This document shows positions 53,633 to 64,000 of a stretch of 64,000 bases of DNA, piece by piece (positions within the stretch are counted from its first letter, which is position 1; each line of letters begins with the position of its first letter). The DNA is from Chrysomallon squamiferum (lineage: Eukaryota > Animalia > Mollusca): contig CM022665.1 of assembly GCA_012295275.1 (NCBI GenBank), positions 5,952,001 through 6,016,000 on the forward strand, given 5' to 3'. A program made the translations under genes and the position numbers. Under the pieces are notes generated by a model that had not been told where the DNA came from, made no database searches, and saw nothing but the letters and a program-made list of their open reading frames with translations.

Positions 53633-55936
53633 ACATTTTTCAAAGTCATTTTTTCTTAAATGCAGGTGTTTAAGCAATCTAACTTATAATAATAGGCTTC
53701 ATAAATTTTTGATGATGGTTTCAGAAGTATACGTATTAAATTACAATGAGTAAATGAGTTTATAAATAGAAATGTGTCTAAAATTTATACAACAACAAAC
53801 AGAGCAATAATGTTTATACAGTAATATAAAAACCATTATCAGATTAGAATTTACTTAATTGGAATTCATTTACTATTGTTATTAACATCTTTTAACCTAA
53901 TTTTATTTTTCCCAAATGGGTTATTTTCAGAATATTGTTCATATGTCATATATTAACCAGATATGTATCAGTATTGTTTAAGTGGTCATTATCTTGGGTC
54001 ACATAAGTACATGCTTTTAGTATTTAATTATATATTTTTGTGTATGCTAATAACATCTAAATTATTAATAATGATTTTTTTTCCTCATATCTGGAAGACA
54101 TTAGATACACTAATTAACATTTATTGTTGTAACAGTGTGAGAAAAATATTTGAGTAAAGATTTCTGTGAAATATTAATCTTTATGCTGTAGTCATAATCT
54201 GTTTATCACTTACTGACAGCTTTGCTTGTTATGTGTCTTTAATACTTTACTTGATGCTGCAAGTTTTCAGAAGAAAATATTATTTATTTTATTAAATTTA
54301 TATGATTTTTGTGTGTGTGTGTGTGTGTGTGTAAATTAGAGATTTCATTTTACTTGCCTTTTTAAATTCATTTTTGGAATTTTATTTTATTTTATTTTTA
54401 ATTTTTTATTGTGGTTCATTTGTTTTGATAATTTATTGTTTTTAGCTGATTGCTTCATAATTCTGTAAACAGAAAATTTATATTGTCTTAAATACTTGTA
54501 CATGATTTTTAATCAGATTAAGTTAGATGGATATAATAAATTAATTTGGAAAAGGAGTTAAACATTTGTAGCTTTTATGTTTTAAAAACTAAGCATAATA
54601 AAAATGGTATCACCAAAGCAAATTTTATTATTGGACATTTCTTTACTGTTAAAGGAAGGACACATGCACATGCTCGCACATTTTTTTTTTTTAAATATTT
54701 AAAATTTATTTTTCTTTGCTTCTTTGGTCTATTCACTGTAGACTGAGTACACAGACCACATAATACACACTTACTTTATCTCAGTGATCTGTTTTACATT
54801 ACAGAAGAAATAAGTAAATCAATGGGTTAAATACATGATGTGCAATTAGAGAATAGATGAATTTCACATTTCTGTTGACACGCCAGCAAAAAACTGTGAT
54901 AAGTGCATCAGTATGTTCAATAGCAACCAAGTGTGATTGATTTTTTTCTTTTCTTTACTTGTTGTTAGACATCACTGAGTTTATTGAAAAGTTATGTAAA
55001 TCTTTTTATAATTTCATGTTGTTGTTTTTTAGGGGTTGTTTGTTGTTAGTTTATTTTTTCTTTTTTTTTTTTTTTTGTTGTTTAATTTATGTACTTTCAG
55101 GTATCTAAATAATTGAAAAGGCACCATTTAAAAAATATATATATATATTATCTTTATTATTACTTTAATATATTTATTTATTTTTAAAACTGTGCAGCTG
55201 TTAGACATCATGATTGAAACATTATTTAAATTTTTAACTAATTTTATTAAATCTGTTTAAAAAATGTATATATATATATATGTATATATTAGACATCGCC
55301 GTTAATTGAAAAGTTATGTTATTTCATTTTTTTTAAATTACCGTGTGTTAAACATCACAGAGGTGATTGAGAAGTTGTGTTAAAATGTATAATGTCAAAG
55401 TGTTTCAAGAACTGCTTCATTATGACAATCATAAAAACCACAACTAATTGCTTTTCTTTGTTATCAGTTTGTTTTGTACAGATTTAACGCATTATCTGGT
55501 TACCAAATTGTTATTGTTTGTGAAATATTAATTTAAAAAGTAAAATATAATAAATCTGAAATTTTCAAATAATATTAATCTAAAATGTAGTGTGGTAAGA
55601 AGAAGAAGAAGCAGAAAAAAACAACAAAAAAAACAACAAAAAAACAATCAGTATATAAAAAATTCCAAGAAAAACATAGATCAATTAATGTAATTATATT
55701 GCAAAAAAAGGTGCAACAAATAATTGTACCTTCTAAATGAAAAGTAACAAATTTGAAAAAAAAGAAAGAAAAAAGATATGGACAGATGTATTATTTTACT
55801 GAAGGCAAATTTTTCTATTCCAAATCATTTTTTTTTTTTTTTTTTTTTTAGTTACAATAAATCCAGGCTGACTAAGTTTCTTTTATTTATTTATTTATTT
55901 ATTTATTTTTTTATTTATTTAATTTTTTATTTGTTT

Positions 55937-55969
<33 letters not shown>

Positions 55970-58900
55970 ATTTTATTTTCTATTTGGTGATTTACTGACT
56001 GATAATTCACTACAATTACCTAATTTGACTTGTAGCTTGCCAGTGAAATGTTGAGGCTGTTTGATCCTACCGTTGAATGTAGACAGGCTCCACCAGAGGA
56101 AACACTCAACTTGATCCCTATCTACAGAAACCCTAAGATACAAGCAGCTTACCTCCCAGGTAAATCTCTCTTTTTAAGACTTTCTTTTACATTTCAGCAG
56201 GGTACCTTCTGTTTATCACCCTCTCCCTAAGCTTAAAGCCAACTCTTCCTTCTGGCAATTTCTGTTTTAAGTGTCATCTGTATTTTTCTTTAACCACTCA
56301 GTTTACAGTCATCTTTCCCATTAACCATATGTCAGAAATTATTTTTGAACACAACTCCATTTAGTTACCATAAAGTGCTCTACCACATCTCAAACATTCT
56401 GGGCAGACGCTAATAACTGCAAGCATTTATATATTTTATTATTAATTTGTTAATCGGTGCAAATCTAATACCGATTTTCACAGACATATACAGGTCAATA
56501 TTTATTTATCCTGTTTTAAAATACAGAAAATATCAATATAATATTTTTATTTATTTATTTATTTATTATTTTTGTTTATTAGATTTATTTAATACATATC
56601 ATGACACTGATACTGATCAACTTCAGACAAAATATATTTGATACTAATTAGATACATTACATTTTATTTTATTGTTCTTTTTGAAATGAATAATTATATT
56701 ATTCATAGAAAAAATTATTATATAACAGCAACACTTTATGAAAATTCATAAAGCAGTTTTGAAATTTCATTCTGAAATTTTTAAAGAGTAGTTACTGAAT
56801 TGAATTAACTAATATAAGTTGGAGAAAAAAAAGCAAAAGATAATAAAAAAATAATCCAAATGTAATCCAAATAAATAGAAGCATACATTTTATGTGTAAT
56901 TAATGTTATAAAAATTACTCATACCCTCTTATGATTACTGTCAGTTTAAATAAATATCTAAGGATAAAAAGTGTAAAATGTATTGGGAATAATAAATTAT
57001 ACTATTTAAAATTACTTACATAAACTTAGAAATGAATCAGAAAACTCCACTAAGTTTTGATTGGAGGCTCCATAAAGCTTACATCTCAAACAGAAGTGAT
57101 CAAAAGACTTTAAGCAGTAGGATTTATCAGCTCTCTTATGGGAATTATACAATCAATAAACTTCTCTGAGATGATCATTACTCAAATCAAACAGGGTTTT
57201 GTAGTTGTGGGATGTCCAGAACCAATCAACTCTTCATTACATCCATCCATTGATTTACTGATCTCTCTATAATAGAGATTACATTCAAAACATCAAAACC
57301 ATTTATACAGTGTCGTTTTACCACTGTCTGTTTAACATCCCTCTTTACCTATCCATCCGTCTATCTTAATATCTTAGTGCTGTTTATGATGAAAATCCTT
57401 ATAATTAAAGGAAAAGAGTGATTTTTGTTTATGTGAGTTCGCATAGCTATTTTGAAAAAGAAAAATTATTAACAGAACAGTTTATTTTCAATAAATGCTG
57501 TTATTTTCATTTTGAAGTGAATTTTGCTCATAAAAGATTTGAAAACTAATGTAAACTGATTATGTTGCAAACTAAAAGATGTATTATTATTATTATTATT
57601 ATTATTGTTGTTAGATTACTGCTTAAATAATAGTTTAGCCATTATCACACTTTGCTATCTGATAAATAAATTAGAGAATTAGTAGTGATGAGCCTTAATC
57701 CTAACTGTTTTAACAATCTGGCTAGTGATATTTCTTTTCCTCATTTTTAATCAGAGAATATTATTATGGTACATTGAATAATTATTAAATTAAAGTGGAA
57801 TGTTGAAAGTTTTGTCTAATAATATATCTCTTATCTGTTGTTGTACTAGCCTAAATGCAGTTAATATTTTCTATTGAAGTGTTGACATCATTTTATAAAC
57901 AGAAATATAAGTAAATAAATAAATAAATAAATAAAAATCATGTAACAGTAAGTAAAACATTGAAAACATTCACTGTATAAGATTAAAAAAGTGAAAATCT
58001 GCATGCATCAATTCTTACTATTTTATTACCATATTCTATTATTACAAAACACTGAAAGTCAGGTTCAGAGAAAGCAATTATTTGGAAGTATATAAAATAT
58101 ATGTAAGCTATCCATAGGAAGACTTTAATATGTACAAGATCAAAGACATTTATGAGTTCTTTGTTAGAGCTAAGCCAGATGTATTTAAATGAAAAAAAGA
58201 AAAATGTTGAATAGTTACTTGTATTCTTCAGTTTTGCTCTGTGTCTCATAAAGCTATTAAACATGAACACTGAAATCAGATATCCATTTATGACTTCACT
58301 TTTTCTTTTGAATCAAATAAAAGAGTAAATAATAATTTCTAAGAAGACTTTTTTAATACTGATCCATTATGTTTTACAGACAAGTTCATGGGCAATAATA
58401 AATTCAAAGTGAAATAAAATAATAAAAACAAAAATAAAACCAAAGTACAAAAGATATTAAACTTATGATTTTATTTTTTATATTATTAATTGCTCATTGG
58501 AAGATAATTTATAACAATTTAAAAACAGTGAATGTTTGTGTTCATAATACTAAACTTGTGTAAGAGAACCGTGATTATTTTGAAATATAAAGTATTTCTA
58601 CTGGGAATAAAAGAAAGTTGAAAAAGTGCAAATTCCACAGCTGCCAGTAAATACATATTAACCTATTTTCAAATTTTTCTATTAATTTTTTTTTTTTATT
58701 TCTTTTTTCTCTCTCTTGTAAAGAGGCTATTACTTTAAGCATGATTATATTTTTGCAATTTTATGATAATAAATTTCTTGTTTGAAATTATATTCGTCTT
58801 TGAAATTAAACTTGTTAATTGTCATCATCTGTTTGATGTTTGATCTGCTACTTATGGCATATATTCTTCTGGGAAACCTGCTGCAGTTTTCAATTGTATT

Positions 58901-60868
58901 TAGTTTCCCATAGACAGAAAAGCATGAACCATACTCTTTGAAAAATCATGTAATTATGTTTTATTACATTATTCAAATGATGTAACCATTAAAATCTGTC
59001 ATACTGAAGCATTGTATTATTTATAAATTCATATATAATCTTATCAAAACACAGGAATAAAATACTTTTAAACATAACACTACTTTTATGTAAATTTTAT
59101 TTTCTTCATAACTATGGATTTTTCTCTGTGAAGATCAAGTTCTGTGTATGAAAAAAAAAAAATGTTTCTAATTTTTTCTTTGAAATTATTGATCCTCAAA
59201 ATATAGATCTCAATGCAAAATGATGATAAGAAAACAGAAGAAATATGTTTATTTTCCTTTTTAAGTCCTGTTGCATTTTAATATATATTTCCCAAAAAGG
59301 ACAAATATTGCTGCTGTAATGAATTATAGTTTGCCATATAATTTCTTAATGAGAGCAGCATTAATAAAAACAGTAACTTTAAAATGTCTTCTTTTTCTAT
59401 AAGGTGGATTCCATTACCTTCATATTGCTAAGCCAGCTCTTCCAACAAGCCTTGAAATACAGATGTCTCAGGCAGATTATGTAAGAATATTTTTTTGTTT
59501 CTGTTCCTTACATCTTTGTTATACCAAGTTATATTAGGTTTTAGTTTGATTTTGTGTACGTGCTTGTTTTTTCTCTTTTTTTTCTTCATTTATTTATTTA
59601 TTTAGTTACTTATTTATTATTTATTTAATTTTTTGGTTTGTTTATTTTATTTTTTTATTTTATTTTTTTATTTATTTATTTATTATTTATTTAATTTTTT
59701 GGTTTGTTTATTTTATTTTTTTATTTTATTTATTTATTGATTTACTTATTTATTTATAATTATTTTTTATTTTTTATATTTTATTTGTTTCTTTCTAATC
59801 TAAAGGATCTGTACTTACTCTGTAGTGTAAATTAACTATTATTATTTTTGTTGTTGATAAGACCACTCAACTAATGTCTCTACTGACAATATCATGTCTA
59901 ACATCATCACTGCTGAATAAATATTTATTTTAATTTTATATACCATTATAAAAATTTGTAATATATTAATGTTTTTTAAGAGTTTACTAATTCTCTTATT
60001 TTCAAATGTCAAAAGAAAAAACATGAAAATATGACAGATTACTCAAATTTTAAATATTGTTGGCTCATTTGTTTCCTGTTTATCATTATCATTATCTTAT
60101 TATTATATTATTATTACTATTGTTATTATTGTTATTATTGTAGGGTCGGGTAAGAACAACTGGAGAGCTTGGATCAGAACCCAATTATTTCCGACTACAC
60201 TTCAGTCAGTACAACACCATAGAAACAATTACTTGTTTGTCCAGAAAAGTATGTGCACAGTTATTATGTTTATAATATTTTCTGATGAGTGTATGTGTAT
60301 GTGTGTGTGTGTTTATCTGTGTCTGTGTCTGTAGCTATAACTAAAGACATATGTTTACTTTTTAGAATGTAGAATACTAATTCTGTTTAATTTAGACATT
60401 CATTTTGACAAATAATTATAATGTCTATTCCACTAATTGGTGTTTATGACTACTGGTAAGTAATGTTTTTCAACATTAATTATAGATTTCGAAAACATAA
60501 TTTTTTTAATTTAACATCTAAAGACAGAACTGTTAATTACTGTTCAGGTTTCTTTTTTTCTTTTTTTTTAAATCTTAATGTCAAGATTCAATTAATATTT
60601 CCAACATTTTATGGTCTGTAAAAAAAAAAATTAAATTAATTTACACATATTATGAAAGAATTTGACAAAAACACAAACACATGCAGTTGACGAATAGATA
60701 ATTATAACTGTCATGACACTGGTTTTTATATTTGATCTTTCTGAGAAATAAAAACATGATCCTCTTAGAAGTTTGTTTCAGTGACAGGTGTACATTGCTT
60801 ATTGTTAGGTTATTTGTGCTGATCTGTTTTTAATTAAATACAATTTTAAGAAAGTTAAAATATTATTA

Positions 60869-60904
<36 letters not shown>

Positions 60905-63706
60905 TTATTTTATTTTTATTTTTATTTTTATTTTTATTTTTATTTTTTTTAAATGGATATTAAATAATTGTAATTCCTTGATCTTTGGACAGATTTTATC
61001 TTGAAACTAATTTATTATAAAATAGAAAGCAGTGTATTCATTATATGATATACATGAATTTTTATATATATAAAAACAGATAACTAAGTAAAATATATTA
61101 TTATAATTGTTCTGACCTACAATTTCTAGTGGGTGTTTAATCATTATGAGAAATGTAAAGACATTCATCTTTAGCTGTTTGTTCCACATTAATAATTAAC
61201 TCATTGTTTGATCAGACATCTTGTGCTCTCCTATTAATATTGATTAACTAGAGATCTCTGTAAGTAGTTTATAAATACAATAATTGACATCTTTGTTTAA
61301 TATTTTTAATTTTCTTCAACACTTCTGTTCATTTAGTTCCTGGATCTGAAAAAGAAAAAATGTTTCATGAGTTATAAAATCCTGTTAGATTAGGTTCAGT
61401 AATTTGTCTTGTGTTTTTCTCTATAATTCCAAAAATCTCTGGAATGGAAAAGAAAATATATTGTTGTATGTGACTATTATTCACATAAAAAGAAAAGCCT
61501 CTTTGCAATGAAAATAAGTAGAAGTATTTATTTATTTATTTATTTCTTATGAAGATAAATTTATTAAGTTAATTATAAAGGTTTAATTTGCTATAGTGAA
61601 TCATTATTTGTATTATTTCTCAGTTTTACAGTATTCTGATACAAAGAGTATATGTTCAAGAAAAATAAACCTAATTTCAGTTTTTTTATTTTTATTTCTT
61701 TTTTCTTTTTTTAAACTTGAATTTGATAAAAGCTAATCATGAATATCCCTTGTTGATGAAAATGTACTTTGGAGTTTTGTTTCTTTGTTCTCTCTGCTTC
61801 TCTTTTAATGTATCCTTATTAATGAGTGCTTCTAATGTAAGTTCATGATTACAGCTTGAAAATTTGCATTACAAAGCTCCTTTTGATTGTATTTCACTTG
61901 TTTGTCTCTAATGCATTTGATCATTAACATATTTTTTGTGCATTTTTGGGGTACTTTTTTCCTTTTATTTCATTTAATTGTTACAAGATTCACTGATTTT
62001 CATTTCTTATTGTATTAATAATAGAGGTTGTTGATAATTTGTCATATGTTTATTTTGCAATATGTTTATATTGAAAAACATTTACATATTTAGACAGCAA
62101 TGATGATTTTTGTTTTCCATATTAATAATTCACATATCAGTAGTGATATCAATTAATAAATCACTAAAATTGGGGGAGGGGAATAAAAAAAAAAAAAAAA
62201 ACCCATTATAAAAAGCTTTGTTTTAATATTACTAGCAAACTATTGAAAACAATACCATATCTGTCTCTTTATCAGGGTTCTTTGCATTTATATGTAAGAA
62301 TGCAGCATCCATTTTGTTTTCTGTTTGTGATAATATTATCTCATTTTATCACTAACTGTGATTGGTCTACAGGGGGGAAAAAAGTTTTAATATATTCCTA
62401 TCACAACTACGCTTAACATTTAATTGGTTATGAATGTTTTTGCCTTTGTTTTTTTACTGTGACAGTTCTGAAATTAGACCATTATCATGTTGCTTGTTGA
62501 TTTTTATTCTTCTATAATTATTTATATATTTATTTATTTATATTTTTAATTTTGTTTTTAATTTTTTTTAATTTTGTATTTATTTTTATTTTTAAAAAAT
62601 TTTAATTTCTTCTTCTTGTTGTTTAAATAAATGTAGTTTTGATTGCATATTTTTAATGCATTGTTATATAATATATTAAATATTTTTCTTATTGTTGACA
62701 TAGAGCAGGAATAAGAATTTTTTATGTGGTTTTTTTTTTTTTTCCAGCCAATCCCATCATCAAATATAATTTGTTTGTATGGTGTCCATGAACGATACTT
62801 GAACAATCTGTTACAGAGATTTGATGAAGGTCTCATTACTGACTTCTACACGTATGTGCACTGTTTTTCTTTTAAACTGGTTTTATTAATCTTCAGTTCA
62901 TATTATTTTTACTTTAAAAATATTTTTATTTACCATTATGTTTCTTTTGTTTTCCTTTTAAACTACTTTTTTTTTTCCTTACTCTCCGTTTTGTCTTTCT
63001 GATGACAGATATATAAAATTTATAGGTACAGTTGATTCAAATAATAGACTGTTTTTTGTATTACTCATTACATTTTACCTTTAATATAACTGATATTATT
63101 TATTTATTTATTTATCATTGTTATTGCTTTTGATTCTGTTCATTTTTCTGTGCTGAAAATTTAAAACAATATTGTTGTATAACTTTTCAGTTTAATAAAC
63201 TAAATTCCAAAGCAATATTTCACACTGAGATTATGAAAGAGGAAAATGTGTACATAATTTTATTTATAATAATTACTTAATAATTTTTCATTTCAGATTT
63301 TTCCAGGAAACATGGTGTTTGGCAATCTACCATGATCGCTTCCCAGATTTTAGAGATGAGATTCGTGAACTACTTATTACCAGTCCTGTAAGTTTCAAAA
63401 ATTTGTTTATTAATCTTTAATAAAATTTTCAGGCGAAGAATTTTCAAAAATGCAAACATTAAATAGGTTTAAATACTTCTAGAGTATAATGATTTTTTTT
63501 TGTCCTGCTCTAACTGCTTTTCTATCTATAAAAATTAAGTTTAAATTTAATATTTTACATAAGCTGTGTAATGATTTAAGATTTTACAAGAGTTGAGTAT
63601 TAATTTAAGGTTTTATAATGTAAGATAATTTTCTTTTAATTCACAGGAGGCTAATATTGAAGCACTGGAAGAGAAAGTCCGTCAAGTTGTGGATGATGAA
63701 ATTACG
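38419..63706 (+). CDS. CFAP61: Cilia- and flagella-associated protein 61 (C20orf26 orthologue); 29 coding exons in the window, 3' end beyond the window
   Basis: Exons: 38419-38558, 38932-39227, 39559-39685, 40163-40295, 40646-40811, 41500-41682, 42126-42274, 42639-42769, 43119-43227, 43452-43522, 43626-43752, 44227-44304, 44845-44982, 45437-45505, 45716-45895, 46019-46095, 46432-46530, 46717-46803, 47063-47313, 47759-47874, 48393-48572, 49106-49154, 49564-49733, 56036-56159, 59404-59480, 60144-60248, 62748-62851, 63297-63387, 63647-63706. All GT-AG, 3687 nt in frame, no stop reached. Recognisable peptides: RRTES, EKAILAVTLCN...FFDYPN, LNTLFMHYF, VEDHDDLTPIF, FCIDEKYEMRS, IRSHYNIEDFIYY, RIVVIGASDVGISFLE, YDHLILCTGQQY, NDACLVYDGKLVID, WCLAIYHDRF. 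Confidence 0.95.
51923..52906 (-). CDS. Adenosine receptor family class A GPCR (A2-like), 327 aa, intronless CDS, nested antisense in CFAP61 intron 23
   Basis: Seven hydrophobic segments with adenosine-receptor motifs: YIALE..IGLLSVVGN, TNCFIASLALADLLVG, SIFSLLAVAIERF, GLIPMYGWN, CAF..VI.MKYFVYF.FFGCVLVPL, AAKSLA..LGLFALCWLP, AILISHANS..NPFLYAY. Candidate splice acceptor TTTATTTCAG|GTG puts the exon start at 53168, implying an upstream non-coding exon. Confidence 0.93.
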   Translation of the reverse strand: MDAISASYIALETIIGLLSVVGNAMVLTAIYHNHALQTITNCFIASLALADLLVGIIVAPLAALSFMGLPRNFLGCVFINSLLILFTDISIFSLLAVAIERFVAIAKPFFYQKHFTVKRAVIILVITWLVVIILGLIPMYGWNLGPPKGLVCAFTSVIDMKYFVYFVFFGCVLVPLFIMFCIYMYIYIIVRQQMVKIEALEISADGRRKKKTFVKDIKAAKSLATVLGLFALCWLPINLLNTVSLFCGSKCPVPYIVILAAILISHANSFFNPFLYAYGNSQFKFAFKKMLCFYKANENSSIEDRSGMNFANSNKGRADDNSQQERF

Positions 63707-64000
63707 GTCAGTAAAACAAAACATTTAAATTTTCGATTTTTAAAAATTTGGAATAAATATTTAACAATACCTGAAAACATTTTATTAATAACAGTTATTA
63801 GGAATCAGAAACATAATATTTGTATAATTATGAAACAAAAAAAAAGAAACTCATTGACATCATTCAAAGGATTTTTAATTTGTTGCAAAGCACTGTCCCA
63901 CTGGCAGGGAAATACATACCATGTTATTTGATAAAACAGGCCTGGGAAATAACTCAATTGGTGCTCAAATAAGATGATCTGTGGCCTAAACAATGAGTTA

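Noticed and set aside
54964-55385. Repeat-spacer pattern superficially like a CRISPR array
   Set aside because: Eukaryotic intron, degenerate repeats, irregular low-complexity spacers and no cas genes.
61805-61825. GTATCCTT U12-like donor sequence in CFAP61 intron 26
   Set aside because: Not at the end of any coding exon; exons 26 and 27 already join in frame with GT-AG sites.

Overview
AT-rich eukaryotic (animal) genomic DNA with spliceosomal introns and many microsatellites. SINE-like relics suggest a mollusc, probably a gastropod, but that is recognition from memory and unverified. No prokaryotic systems, CRISPR arrays, rRNA or intact tRNA were seen. Four protein-coding genes were reconstructed by hand. 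(1) A two-exon secreted protein on the minus strand (7043-13986): signal peptide, half of an IGFBP N-terminal (IB) module, a 10-Cys follistatin/Kazal domain and a very basic 81-aa tail. (2) CRNKL1/crooked neck (minus, 16 coding exons, 683 aa), containing an AT-AC U12 minor intron. (3) CFAP61 (plus, at least 29 coding exons, running off the window), head-to-head with CRNKL1 as in human. (4) An adenosine-receptor-family GPCR with an intronless CDS, nested antisense in a CFAP61 intron. Also present: a hAT MITE with a perfect 8-bp TSD, a TA-flanked Tc1/pogo-type MITE, fossil hAT and MULE transposase fragments in CRNKL1 intron 1, a tandem duplication downstream of the CRNKL1 stop, and an apparent CpG-rich to CpG-poor transition near 25 kb. 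The best novelty candidates are the half-IB/follistatin/polybasic protein and the nested receptor with an altered ligand pocket.
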